A stretch of 64,000 bases of DNA. It comes from an uncultured virus (IMG/VR IMGVR_UViG_3300021085_000013) (taxonomy: Duplodnaviria; Heunggongvirae; Uroviricota; Caudoviricetes). Of the stretch, positions 9,903-19,691 are shown piece by piece (position 1 is the stretch's first letter; each line of letters starts with the position of its first letter). The notes beneath the pieces are model-generated. The model was given only the letters and a program-made list of their open reading frames with translations, was not told the DNA's origin and did not search any database. Where the stretch lies: positions 1 to 64,000 of IMG/VR virus record IMGVR_UViG_3300021085_000013; one strand, written 5' to 3'. The position numbers and the translations under genes were made by a program.

Positions 9903-10271
9903 CTATATTTCTAAGTCTCCTAGTTCATCTTCTAGGCTTGAGCCTTCTTCTCCTTCTCCACCATCATCTCCACCGGCTTCTTCTTCTTCAGTTTCCTTTT
10001 CAGTTTCTTCAGTTTCAACCTCTAAAAAATACTTTAATAATGTCTGCATATCTTCTTCAGTAAATGCATTATTACCATATTCTTTATAGAAATATTCTTT
10101 AAATTCCTTTTCAGTTTTACTAGTTTTAATAACGCCGATAATTTCAGCTGATTTAATCTTTTCACCTGAATCTAAAAGAATATCATCTACTATTACATCT
10201 GAATCGTCTCCGACCTCTATTGCGTCTTCTGTTAAATTAGAAAAATTTTTAAATGTTTGTAAGTGTTTCAT
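9903..10271 (-). CDS. Small acidic prohead core/internal protein (gp67/68-like position)
   Basis: Between portal and protease; N-terminus MKHLQTFKNFSNLTE; very acidic. Confidence 0.6.
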   Translation of the reverse strand: MKHLQTFKNFSNLTEDAIEVGDDSDVIVDDILLDSGEKIKSAEIIGVIKTSKTEKEFKEYFYKEYGNNAFTEEDMQTLLKYFLEVETEETEKETEEEEAGGDDGGEGEEGSSLEDELGDLEI

Positions 10272-10298
10272 TGCTATTTATATATTCTTTTTTCTGGA

Positions 10299-11888
10299 TT
10301 ACATTGCCATAGGATCAACGTCCGGTTCTTCTGCGTCAATATTAGCTTGTCTTTGTTTATATGCTAAATTAGCTGCTTTATCGTCCGGTGATAATTTTAA
10401 ATATCTGTCTACTAAGAATTCCATATCAAAGTAAGGCATTTCTTCCATGGTAACTGGATCTGTTTTCATTAGAGAATCTTGCATTGTAGATATAAAGTCT
10501 AATCGTTTCTCCATGATTTCCATTTGTTTTAATTCAGCAAACATATTCTCTTCATTAAATTGAATAGCTATTTGAGTTCTGAAACCTGCATCATCTTTGA
10601 ATTCAGGAAATTTAAGACACATCTGTAGCCATAGTGGTTTTACTAAAATTTCTTGGAAAGAAGAACGTAATCTTTTAATAAATTTAGAAAACTTAATTTC
10701 ATCTCTAATCATACCATCAGCTGCAAGGTTAAAGTCACCACCACCGTCTTCATACATAAATCTATTGAATGGTATTTTAGAAACCATTTTTAATTTATCA
10801 TTAAAATATTTAAGTGCTTCTGTATCTGATAATTCGGGACCGTCTCCTCCTAAAGTTTCAATCTCTGGAGATTCTCCTTCTTTGGATGGTAACCAATATT
10901 CTTTGTTAAATTGGAGCATTGGTTTTCCATTAGTTGCCAATGTAGCTGAATCCCAATCAAAATCTACAACTTCTTTATAATTACCCATTAATTGAGCAAG
11001 AGATTGCTTAGCTCTTGTTTTAGATTTACCACCAACTGGAATAATAAACTTCATTCTATATGATGAGTTTGTAACCGCCCAGATAACTCTAGTATGTTCC
11101 ATTATTCTCATCAGGTTAAATGATCTTATAAGTCTTTCTAAGTAACTTACTCTCGAGGCAGTGGTTATTGAAGAATAAGAAAGATAGATAATCTGTGAAT
11201 CATACAGGACTCTCTCCTTAACAGGATCGTCCTTAAATTGAACCCATACTTTTTTACCATCATCTTTATTATAACCTGGCATTAGTGTAATAGGATCTAT
11301 TTCCTTAAATCCTATAATCTGATCTTGATCTGGGCTGTAAATAATTTCAAAAGAAAGATATCCGTCAATTAAGAATTTTCTAAAGAAGTACCATGCCGAT
11401 TGATCTGAATTAAATCCAAAATATTGATATAAATCTCTGTATGATTTATTTAAGTACTTTGTAACTTCTTCTGAAACATCCATTCCTATAAGTTCTGGAT
11501 TTCCAATAAAGTTCTTATTGTCATATACTATAGATTCGTCACATAGAATATCTAATATATCTTCTATTTCATCATGTGTGGAAAATCTTCTTAATTCGTC
11601 TCTTTTACCTTCATAGCCTTGGTCAAAGAAAGGAATATTTTTTCTCATGTTGGTATCTGCCATCGATAATGCGGCAAATGCTCCATACATGTTATCGTCG
11701 TCTAGTCCCATTTGATTCATTTGGCCGTAACCAAATTCATCTTCTACAGGACCTATTGCCTGAGATTGTCTTAAGACTAAATCATCATAATACATTCCGA
11801 AAGACGAGAGTCTTTTTAATGTATCACTTAAAGTGAATGATCTTTTACCAGTACTTAATGGTCCGTTTCTTTCTATAAATCCTGCCAT
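10299..11888 (-). CDS. gp20: Portal vertex protein (T4 gp20 family)
   Basis: SYLERLIRSFNLMRIME, EYWLPSKEGE-PEIETL-G, IRDEIKFSKFIKRLR motifs. Confidence 0.93.
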   Translation of the reverse strand: MAGFIERNGPLSTGKRSFTLSDTLKRLSSFGMYYDDLVLRQSQAIGPVEDEFGYGQMNQMGLDDDNMYGAFAALSMADTNMRKNIPFFDQGYEGKRDELRRFSTHDEIEDILDILCDESIVYDNKNFIGNPELIGMDVSEEVTKYLNKSYRDLYQYFGFNSDQSAWYFFRKFLIDGYLSFEIIYSPDQDQIIGFKEIDPITLMPGYNKDDGKKVWVQFKDDPVKERVLYDSQIIYLSYSSITTASRVSYLERLIRSFNLMRIMEHTRVIWAVTNSSYRMKFIIPVGGKSKTRAKQSLAQLMGNYKEVVDFDWDSATLATNGKPMLQFNKEYWLPSKEGESPEIETLGGDGPELSDTEALKYFNDKLKMVSKIPFNRFMYEDGGGDFNLAADGMIRDEIKFSKFIKRLRSSFQEILVKPLWLQMCLKFPEFKDDAGFRTQIAIQFNEENMFAELKQMEIMEKRLDFISTMQDSLMKTDPVTMEEMPYFDMEFLVDRYLKLSPDDKAANLAYKQRQANIDAEEPDVDPMAM

Positions 11889-11920
11889 GTGTTAAAATTA
11901 CAATTGTATTATACTTCTCT

Positions 11921-12517
11921 TTATATATTCTTTTTTCTACGATGATCTTCAAATAATTTAATAAGCTGCTGTTTATTGATTCCCTGTAAGGAATTAAAGT
12001 CAATAATTGCCATTTTACACCAATCCTTATATGCAACTACAGCTTGATTAGATTTACCAATTCTCTTATATCTTCTTATCGCAAAATCATATCCGGATTT
12101 CTCTAAGTACTTTTTTGCACCTATATATGAAAATTTAGGTAATCCTCTTTGTGCATTTGCACTTTTTGTTTTAGATGCTGCCTTTATTATCGCAGAATAC
12201 TTTTCGTATACTTCGTCTAAAAAATCTTCTCTGATGTTAGGAGGAAGTATTGTTATATTTACTCCTATATCATCTCCATTATAAGGATCTAATGCAAGAA
12301 CTACTGGCTTATCATCAAACCACATTAAATTTTCTGAGACTGGTTTATAATTAAATACATATAATTTACCTGGTGTAAACTTGCCTCTAGTAGATCCTAC
12401 TGCCTTTTCTTTTCTATCTTTAAGACCACTTTCAAACCAAGCTATCGATTCTTTCGAAGCCTTAGCCCTTCCTTTGCCCTTTATTAATTTTTTTATTTCT
12501 TCTTTAATGTAGCCCAT
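11921..12517 (-). CDS. DNA end protector protein (T4 gp2-like)
   Basis: PGKLYVFNYKP, WFDDKPVVL, GVNITILPP, AIRRY pattern. Confidence 0.7.
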   Translation of the reverse strand: MGYIKEEIKKLIKGKGRAKASKESIAWFESGLKDRKEKAVGSTRGKFTPGKLYVFNYKPVSENLMWFDDKPVVLALDPYNGDDIGVNITILPPNIREDFLDEVYEKYSAIIKAASKTKSANAQRGLPKFSYIGAKKYLEKSGYDFAIRRYKRIGKSNQAVVAYKDWCKMAIIDFNSLQGINKQQLIKLFEDHRRKKNI

Positions 12518-12992
12518 TGATTATAGTTTCTTCTGTTAGAACTATGAAATTCCAATTTCTTTGAGAGCAGAATTCTTTAGCTGCATTATATTTATCCATA
12601 TTTTTAACATATTGCTCTGCTAAAAATTTATATGACTTAAGAGCCTTCTTAGAATTTACTTTAGGAGGCTCTGGTTTTTGTATCTGTTGCTTTGGTTTGA
12701 TTTCTACTAGATATTCTTTAGTAGTTTTATCGGGCTGAATTGCCTTAAAATAAAAATCAGGGTAATATTTTCTTTTGGTAGAATCTTGTCTTGACCAATA
12801 TGGTATTTCAACCGGTTCGCTTGACCACATACTTACCTTTTCATTTTTGTCACACCACATCATAAACTTACGTTCCCAGGAACTTCTATATATGATAGGA
12901 GTAGGTCCTGCATATTTAGAAGGATTATTAGGTTTATAATAACCTTGATTGAATCCTGAATTTTTAGTTGGTTTGACATTCTTTATTGACAT
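12504..12992 (-). CDS. gp4: Head completion nuclease (T4 gp4 / TnsA-like)
   Basis: KPNNPSKYAG, IIYRSSWERKFM-WCD, WSSE, YYPDF, LVEIKP. Confidence 0.88.
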   Translation of the reverse strand: MSIKNVKPTKNSGFNQGYYKPNNPSKYAGPTPIIYRSSWERKFMMWCDKNEKVSMWSSEPVEIPYWSRQDSTKRKYYPDFYFKAIQPDKTTKEYLVEIKPKQQIQKPEPPKVNSKKALKSYKFLAEQYVKNMDKYNAAKEFCSQRNWNFIVLTEETIINGLH

Positions 12993-13375
12993 TAGATGCT
13001 ATAAATTCCTGTTTGATTTTCAGAGTTACCTGATCCTTTGTCTATAGATAAAGTTCCTTTATATTTTTGAGGGTGAATCTTATTCCATCCTTTAGCATAT
13101 CCTCTCTTTGCTATCTCCGTAAAATATGCAAATGCATTTGGGTATTTAGGATTGAAATTTCTCCAATATTTTAAAAGGTCTAATATAGCAAATTGTAGAC
13201 AATCGTTCCTATCATCTTCGCTAACATACCTCATTCTATTGATCGCCTTTTCTGCCAAGAGAATTAACATTTTTTCAGCATCTCTTGTTAATTTATCCTG
13301 TTCTTTTGAAAGAACCATCTGATCAAAGAGGTCTCTGTTATTTAAGTAGTTTTTTGATTTTCTTCTTTTAGCCAC
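12992..13375 (-). CDS. gp55: Late-transcription sigma factor (gp55-like), compact 127 aa
   Basis: NYLNN N-terminus, KYWRNFNP, NAFAYFTEIA. Confidence 0.85.
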   Translation of the reverse strand: MAKRRKSKNYLNNRDLFDQMVLSKEQDKLTRDAEKMLILLAEKAINRMRYVSEDDRNDCLQFAILDLLKYWRNFNPKYPNAFAYFTEIAKRGYAKGWNKIHPQKYKGTLSIDKGSGNSENQTGIYSI

Positions 13376-13434
13376 AGTGTTGTTGGTTTATTTATAGAGA
13401 TTATACTCAAAAATGTTAAAAAGTTTATTAACCT

Positions 13435-13457
13435 AAAAAAGGGACCATTGGTCCCTT
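13435..13457 (-). terminator. Rho-independent terminator
   Basis: Stem aagggacc/ggtccctt with U-run on minus strand, downstream of 13480..14232. Confidence 0.75.
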
Positions 13458-13479
13458 CTCTATTTTACGATGATACGTC

Positions 13480-14232
13480 TTATGCGTTTAAAGCTTCGAT
13501 CTTATCTTCCCATATTTTGATCTCTGAATTAATTAAAGCATCAGCAGCTTTAATTTCTTCAATTGATTTATCAGCCTCAGCTAATAAACCTCTTTGATCT
13601 TTTAAGAAAGAAATCATTTCTTCAAACTTTGAAATTTCTTCAGATTTCTTAGCAAGTTCTAAAGTTTCTCCTTCTAACATTTCAATTAATACAGCTGAAG
13701 CGTCTTCTGAAGTTTCTGCCTTAATATAAGATACTGCTTCATTAGCGGTCGCTGTAAAGAATTTATTTAATTTGGTGTCTTTGTTGAATCTTGAAACAAA
13801 TAGATTTTCATCTAATTTGAATAAATCAACAGTGACACCTCCCTTCTTATACGTGGTAGCGAAGTCTAAATGCATGAAATTTTCTACAATTGTAGAAAGG
13901 TTTTCAAATAATTCAGCTTTATTTTTGTTTTCATATCTAACTAGTCCGCTGGCTAATACGTATGTTGAGAATGATTCTTTAATTTCAGATGTTCCATTGT
14001 AGAATTTTCCTTCTTCAATGTTGTAAATAAATTTTGAACCTTTGTTATACCATTTGATATCGTTTCCTACTATATCGAAATTTTCAAAAGCATCGATTGC
14101 GTTTAAAAATTCTTTATTAGTTGGTCTTTCGATAATTTCAATGTTGTTTTCTTTTATTTCGTAAGCTCTATTGTTTAAATAGAATTGAATACTTTCTTCA
14201 ATTTGTACGAAAGGTGCTAACATGTTTGTCAT
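13480..14232 (-). CDS. Hypothetical late protein with C-terminal coiled coil
   Basis: 250 aa ORF between a late motif (14263-14270) and a terminator. Confidence 0.6.
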   Translation of the reverse strand: MTNMLAPFVQIEESIQFYLNNRAYEIKENNIEIIERPTNKEFLNAIDAFENFDIVGNDIKWYNKGSKFIYNIEEGKFYNGTSEIKESFSTYVLASGLVRYENKNKAELFENLSTIVENFMHLDFATTYKKGGVTVDLFKLDENLFVSRFNKDTKLNKFFTATANEAVSYIKAETSEDASAVLIEMLEGETLELAKKSEEISKFEEMISFLKDQRGLLAEADKSIEEIKAADALINSEIKIWEDKIEALNA

Positions 14233-14261
14233 TTTATTATTCGTTTAATTTTATTGTTTAA

Positions 14262-15077
14262 CTATATATCTAGATTGTTCTCATCAATTACGTTAGGATC
14301 GTCTGGTTGTGCCTGTATTTGCTCATCCTTTGCTTCTCCCTTATTAGATGTAATTGATTTTTGTTTTATTTCAAACATTCTATTTCCTGCATGAACTTCT
14401 GTTTCAAATTCAAAGGAAGGAATAAATGAATTTACCTCGATAGGAAATGATATTTTATAATTTTCTTTGTCGTCAAATCCAAAGTCTATTGGATTTTCTT
14501 GACCATAATCTTCAGGTAGCGAATAGTATGAAGCCAATCTATATGTTGCCTCGTCTAAATGACCTACCTCTACGTTAAAATAATTTGACTTATATAATCT
14601 TTTGATAATCATTTCTGTGATCTTAAATGAATCAAGGCTAGAAGATACTAATATTTCTATATCAAAACTAACTGTCACTGGGATCATTTCCACTTCAGCT
14701 GCAAAAGCCTGTAAAGCTCCATCTTTATCTAGTTTAGAATAATTTCCCATTATTCTTTTATTAACTAGCTTAGAAGATTCTATTGCCATTGATGTTATTC
14801 TAGCTACTCCTCTAGGAATTGCATCATAATTTCCATCTGCAAAACCAGGATCAGGATAACAATCTTCTCCAGTTGGTGTAGTAAATAAGAAAGTATCTCT
14901 TAGAAATTGATCATCTCCTGTAACTGAATAATAAAAAGGAACATCAATTATTTTTCTTTCGCTCTCGCTAGACTGTCTATAAAAATATACTTTATTATTT
15001 AAGTCTGCTATTAAGCCAATTATAATGTGCCTAACAACCGAATCGTCTGAATTATATTTAAGATTATATGTAGCCAT
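14262..15077 (-). CDS. Putative tail completion/sheath stabiliser (gp15-like)
   Basis: IDVPFYY, IPRG, IPVTVSFDIEI, IIKRLY layout resembles gp15. Confidence 0.55.
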   Translation of the reverse strand: MATYNLKYNSDDSVVRHIIIGLIADLNNKVYFYRQSSESERKIIDVPFYYSVTGDDQFLRDTFLFTTPTGEDCYPDPGFADGNYDAIPRGVARITSMAIESSKLVNKRIMGNYSKLDKDGALQAFAAEVEMIPVTVSFDIEILVSSSLDSFKITEMIIKRLYKSNYFNVEVGHLDEATYRLASYYSLPEDYGQENPIDFGFDDKENYKISFPIEVNSFIPSFEFETEVHAGNRMFEIKQKSITSNKGEAKDEQIQAQPDDPNVIDENNLDI

Positions 15078-15080
15078 TTA

Positions 15081-16418
15081 TTATAGGTATCTTGTCGCTG
15101 CTCTTTGCCAGTTTGGTAAACCAGACATTTTTAAACCAGCTGCTTTAACGAATGTTCTCATAGAAATATCGTTTGCGTTTTTCATGAATTCGTAGATTTC
15201 TTCCTTTTCTTTAAGTGGCATCTCAGTAGGTTCTAAATAAGGTAATAACCTTTCCATTCTTTCCATTAAAGTTGCATCATCCGGATTTACATCTACTAAA
15301 ATAGATCTAGATCTGATAGCTCCATCTGGATCTGCCTTTTCTTTTGCTAAATTAGAAATAAAGATTACTCTTCCTGCAAATTCAAATGAGTTAGGAACAA
15401 TTCCATTTTCTTCTAGTGTGAATGCTTCTTCAGGACTCACGTCTTTAGGATCATATACTGCTTTAGTCTTTTTTAAATAAGAAATCTTTCTTATTTTCTT
15501 TGTATCTAAAGCCGCTTTCATTAGGTTTCTACCATTTTCATCTCTAAATACTGCGTCACAATCATCAAAGATTAATGTTTTATTTCTATATTGATAGAAT
15601 TTCTTATACATCATAATAACAGATGCTGCACCTGAAACCATAACATAATCTTCTTCGTCAACAAGACCTTCATCTTTCATTGCTCTTTCTACATTATATG
15701 TTTTACCAGTACCCGCTCTACCCGAAATAAATAAAGAGTTAAATGCACCAGCAGCCACTCTTCTAGATATTTCATAAATATCTTCCATTGTTTCTTCAAG
15801 ATATTTAACCTTATCATTAAGGGTCATATCATTTTGTGTTTCGGCGGCAGTAGGCTTTATTGCAACCTGCTGTCCTTTCTTAATATTCATGATTGAAGAA
15901 TAAGGAACTTCTAATTCGTCTGCTATTTTATTAACGGCCATTCCAGCTGCTAATTTAGCCTCGATCATTTTAATTTCTTCTTTAGAGAATGCTCTTTTAG
16001 TTCTTCTTTCTAATAACATTGACTCTTGTATAGATGCAACGTATTTTTTATCCATTAATCTAACAAATTCTCCAACTAATTTAACGATTGGGAATGTTTC
16101 AGATGAAATAGAAAAATCAGATTTAGCGTCTGCTGCATCTGAGAAATAGATTATAGAACCTACAATACCAGGGTTTTTTGCAGTAGCGGGAGTTACCATA
16201 AATGCCTCTGTACCTTTACTTGAGTAAAACATTACTCCAGAACCCATATCAGTTATCATTTCGAATGGAAACTTTTTAAAGTCCTTCTTTGTTTTCTTAT
16301 TTACAAATCTTGCGATTATCGTAGCTGCTTTATTTAGAGAAGGATTTACAAGTTCTATTGAACCCGTTTTCATAGCTTCATTTAAATACTGATCGTATTT
16401 TAAGATTTTATTATTCAT
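15081..16418 (-). CDS. AAA+ ATPase with HTH and N-terminal capsid-targeting-like peptide
   Basis: Walker A GRAGTGKT, Walker B LIFDDCD, AIRSR; HTH AVNKIADELEVPYSSIMNI; N-terminus KILKYDQYLNEA. Confidence 0.8.
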   Translation of the reverse strand: MNNKILKYDQYLNEAMKTGSIELVNPSLNKAATIIARFVNKKTKKDFKKFPFEMITDMGSGVMFYSSKGTEAFMVTPATAKNPGIVGSIIYFSDAADAKSDFSISSETFPIVKLVGEFVRLMDKKYVASIQESMLLERRTKRAFSKEEIKMIEAKLAAGMAVNKIADELEVPYSSIMNIKKGQQVAIKPTAAETQNDMTLNDKVKYLEETMEDIYEISRRVAAGAFNSLFISGRAGTGKTYNVERAMKDEGLVDEEDYVMVSGAASVIMMYKKFYQYRNKTLIFDDCDAVFRDENGRNLMKAALDTKKIRKISYLKKTKAVYDPKDVSPEEAFTLEENGIVPNSFEFAGRVIFISNLAKEKADPDGAIRSRSILVDVNPDDATLMERMERLLPYLEPTEMPLKEKEEIYEFMKNANDISMRTFVKAAGLKMSGLPNWQRAATRYL

Positions 16419-16454
16419 GTTTAAGTGAAATCTTTTTATTTGATTTATATATCT

Positions 16455-18128
16455 TTATTCTATAACCTCTATCTCGAGTTTAGAGAATCCATTTTCTCTA
16501 TATATTTGTATCTTTTTATCAAATAATTCATGGGGAAGAACAGTGTGATTAATTACGAAAGTATTAATCTTACTATCTTTGATAACTTGTGATAGAATTT
16601 TAAGAATATTGTGGACTCCATCTGCATCCACTGAAGATAATAGCTCATCTAAGAATAAAAGATTTAATTGTGGAAATCTTAATTTAAGTATTTTGATGAT
16701 AGCAATAATTATAATAAAGTCTGCCTTCTTTCTTTCACCTGTTGATAATGTAAGTGGATTGATCTCTTCTCCTAAATGATTAATAAGACAATTAAACTTT
16801 TCATCGAATCTTATATGGAAAGGTAAGTGCATTGTCTGACCCATTGCAGCAATATTAGCATTAAGACCTGGTAAAATAGTTTGAATTGCAAGGTTCTTAA
16901 CGCCATCTTCACCTAGAACCTCTTCTATTATTTCTAAGAAATTATAGTTACCAGAAGTTTCATCCTTTAAATTTGACTTTGATGATTCTTGTATTTCGAA
17001 TTCTTCAATGATTTGCTTTAAGTGTGAAAAATCATTATTAGAATTTAAAGAATCTTTTATCTTTACTAATTCATTCTTTAAATTTCTAATGTTAGTATTA
17101 ATAGTAGACACTTTATCGTTAATTGCCTTGTCCTTAATTCTTAAATCTGAAATATTAGTTTTAATATCATTCACCTTTGTTTCTGCCTTTGAGATATCAG
17201 AAGGAAGAGATTCTGCCTTAGACTCTATTTCTTTTTTTCTTTCTTGGTGAAAAGAAGAGGTTAGTTCGCCTTCACATGTTGGACATTTATCGGTTTCATA
17301 TAACGCTAGCTTTTTCTTTAATTCTACTAACTCATATTTAAGTGAAGTATATTTAGATTGTTTTTCCTGTAAGTCAGAAGAATTAGAAGTAATCATTTTA
17401 GATACTTTGGTGCTTGCCTCTTCTAATTTAATTCTATTAGAATCATATTTTTTAAGACTAGTTTTCAAAGATTCTATTTCTTCTTTGTTTTTAGTGTCAG
17501 CTTCTGCTAGTAATTGATTTAATTTCATATTAACTGAAACTATATTTTCACTAAGCTGACTTAATTCTTTTTCATAAGAATCTAATTCTATTTTAAGATC
17601 TCTTCTTTCATCTTTAATCTGCTTTTGCATATCATTAAGGATGGAGAATCCAAACATTTTATCGATGATTTGTCTTTTATCATGATTTGTCATTGTTAAG
17701 AACGACTTAAAATCATTTACAGATAAAATTATAATGTTTTTAAATACGTGGTATGGGATTCCGAATATCTCTTCTTCTAAATAATCTTGAACTGATTTCT
17801 TACCTGCTTTATCAAATTCAATTCCATTTAAAAGAACTTTAAATCTATTAGGCATTAGGCCTCTCTCAATTTCTACTGTAGTTCCTTTACATTGAAGTTC
17901 TATTCTTACCCATAGTTCCTTATTGATTCTATTGGGAAGGTCTGCCATCTTAACACCTTCAACTTTACCATATAATGCATATACGATTGCATTGGCAATA
18001 GTGGTTTTACCGTGGCCATTTTTACCAAGAGTTAATAACAACTCTGCCTTATCATCTTCGAAATCTATCCTTTGAATTGAATTTCCGTATGATGCAAAGT
18101 TTTTAAATTCTATTGATTTGATTTTCAT
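16455..18128 (-). CDS. gp46: Recombination endonuclease ATPase subunit (gp46/SbcC/Rad50)
   Basis: FKNFASYGN, GKNGHGKTT, zinc hook CPTC, LSTGE, LFLDE. Confidence 0.93.
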   Translation of the reverse strand: MKIKSIEFKNFASYGNSIQRIDFEDDKAELLLTLGKNGHGKTTIANAIVYALYGKVEGVKMADLPNRINKELWVRIELQCKGTTVEIERGLMPNRFKVLLNGIEFDKAGKKSVQDYLEEEIFGIPYHVFKNIIILSVNDFKSFLTMTNHDKRQIIDKMFGFSILNDMQKQIKDERRDLKIELDSYEKELSQLSENIVSVNMKLNQLLAEADTKNKEEIESLKTSLKKYDSNRIKLEEASTKVSKMITSNSSDLQEKQSKYTSLKYELVELKKKLALYETDKCPTCEGELTSSFHQERKKEIESKAESLPSDISKAETKVNDIKTNISDLRIKDKAINDKVSTINTNIRNLKNELVKIKDSLNSNNDFSHLKQIIEEFEIQESSKSNLKDETSGNYNFLEIIEEVLGEDGVKNLAIQTILPGLNANIAAMGQTMHLPFHIRFDEKFNCLINHLGEEINPLTLSTGERKKADFIIIIAIIKILKLRFPQLNLLFLDELLSSVDADGVHNILKILSQVIKDSKINTFVINHTVLPHELFDKKIQIYRENGFSKLEIEVIE

Positions 18129-19240
18129 GCTTCGTTATCGTAATTATATGCACACTTATCATGCAAGTTTTTTAAACTAGTCTTAACTCTTTTTCGAGTT
18201 TCTTCATCATGTGGAAGACCATCAACGAATGTATTACATAAATGTAGAATGTTATAGTTCTTATAAAGATCTTCTATTTCATCCATGTCATATAGATCCT
18301 TATCTAAAAAAGAATCAGATTCGTATATGTTTGGTTCTATTCTTCTACCTATTTTTTGTATTTTGTTTATTAATCTAGATAGTGCACTTGTCGTTGCGAT
18401 ATTAGAAGGAACATATAAGTCTACGTAGTTATTTCTAATCTTATCTTTAAATTCACCGAGAGAAACATTGTAAAGACTTGTAAGATAGAACTTTACGAAC
18501 TTAGGTGATATAGTATTTTCGTAAAAGGTTTCTTCCATGGTTCCTAGATCAACCATATCAAAGCCCTTAGTGTTACCTGAATCAGATCTTGTTAATTCGT
18601 AAGGAGTTCCTACTAATCTTAACTTTCCTTTAGTTTGTCTATAATGAATATGTCCTGAATAAACTGCATCATAGTTTTTATAAGAAATCGTATCTGTTCC
18701 GTGGTGGTTTTTAACTTTAGAATTTAAAGAAACTCCTGAAACTTCAGAATGGCAAAATACAATATCTGAATTTGGAAATTGTGCAAGTGTTTCTGCCTCA
18801 TGTATTGAATCTCTTCTCCATGGCATTAAGAGAACTTTCTTTCCTCCCCATTTAAATTCTTTAGGTTCCTTATATACTGCCACGTTAGGAATCCACTTTA
18901 AAGAATCTATTGAACTTACATCATTAGATTTTTTAGCCCATATATCATGGTTACCACATATAACATGAACTGGTAAAATTTCACCTAGTCTTTCAAAAAG
19001 ATCTACAGCATAGTGAAGAACTCTTAAGTTTATACTTTGTCTATTATCAAATGCATCTCCAACTTGAACTAAAATGTCACCTTCTTTGACATCTCTTTTT
19101 AGTGTTGGAATAAATTGGTTTTCGTAAAAATCTTTCTGTGTCTGTAACCATTCCAGAGAATTAGAACGAACTCCAAGGTGCATATCTCCGAGAATCCAGA
19201 TTCTATTTACTGGTTTCTCTAATACCTTTGACTCTATCAT
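18125..19240 (-). CDS. gp47: Recombination nuclease subunit (gp47/SbcD/Mre11)
   Basis: GDMHLG, GDAFDNR, GNHD, SGHIH metallophosphoesterase motifs. Confidence 0.93.
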   Translation of the reverse strand: MIESKVLEKPVNRIWILGDMHLGVRSNSLEWLQTQKDFYENQFIPTLKRDVKEGDILVQVGDAFDNRQSINLRVLHYAVDLFERLGEILPVHVICGNHDIWAKKSNDVSSIDSLKWIPNVAVYKEPKEFKWGGKKVLLMPWRRDSIHEAETLAQFPNSDIVFCHSEVSGVSLNSKVKNHHGTDTISYKNYDAVYSGHIHYRQTKGKLRLVGTPYELTRSDSGNTKGFDMVDLGTMEETFYENTISPKFVKFYLTSLYNVSLGEFKDKIRNNYVDLYVPSNIATTSALSRLINKIQKIGRRIEPNIYESDSFLDKDLYDMDEIEDLYKNYNILHLCNTFVDGLPHDEETRKRVKTSLKNLHDKCAYNYDNEA

Positions 19241-19242
19241 TT

Positions 19243-19689
19243 TTAGAAAAGTTTATTTATGTTCTTTCTTTTTAAGACGTTTGTTTTCTTGTCAAGTTCC
19301 TGAATAAGTGCTTCCTTATATTTGTTACTTAGTGAAGAATAAAATTTAGTTGGATTAATATTAAAGTAGTCGCATAATTCTGAAAATAAATCTATTATAG
19401 AAAACTTTGCGCTTAGTTCGTCATACATAAACCCATACACTTCATTTATGTCTAATTTTCTTAGTTTCGTTATTTGTTGAAATTCATCTACCTCATTAAA
19501 CTTCTTAAATCTTGAAGCCTCTATTAATTCATGAATCTTATTTCTAATTTGTTCACTTTCTATTTTATCTTCTTCGTCTCTGTTATCCGTGTATTGTGGA
19601 TTAAGGTTAAATGAAATAGTTCCATTTAGTTCAAAGTCTCCTCCGTCTTCGAAAGTGTTGTCAAATATTTTATCTCTTTTTGTTCTCAT
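19243..19689 (-). CDS. Putative late-transcription coactivator (gp33-like C-terminal half)
   Basis: IIDLFSELCDYFNINP...SLSNKYKEALIQEL...NVLK...KLF resembles gp33. Confidence 0.45.
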   Translation of the reverse strand: MRTKRDKIFDNTFEDGGDFELNGTISFNLNPQYTDNRDEEDKIESEQIRNKIHELIEASRFKKFNEVDEFQQITKLRKLDINEVYGFMYDELSAKFSIIDLFSELCDYFNINPTKFYSSLSNKYKEALIQELDKKTNVLKRKNINKLF

Positions 19690-19691
19690 AA

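Noticed and set aside
12504..12992. Tn7 TnsA transposase
   Set aside because: Context and motifs fit the T4 gp4 head-completion nuclease; no other transposon genes or ends
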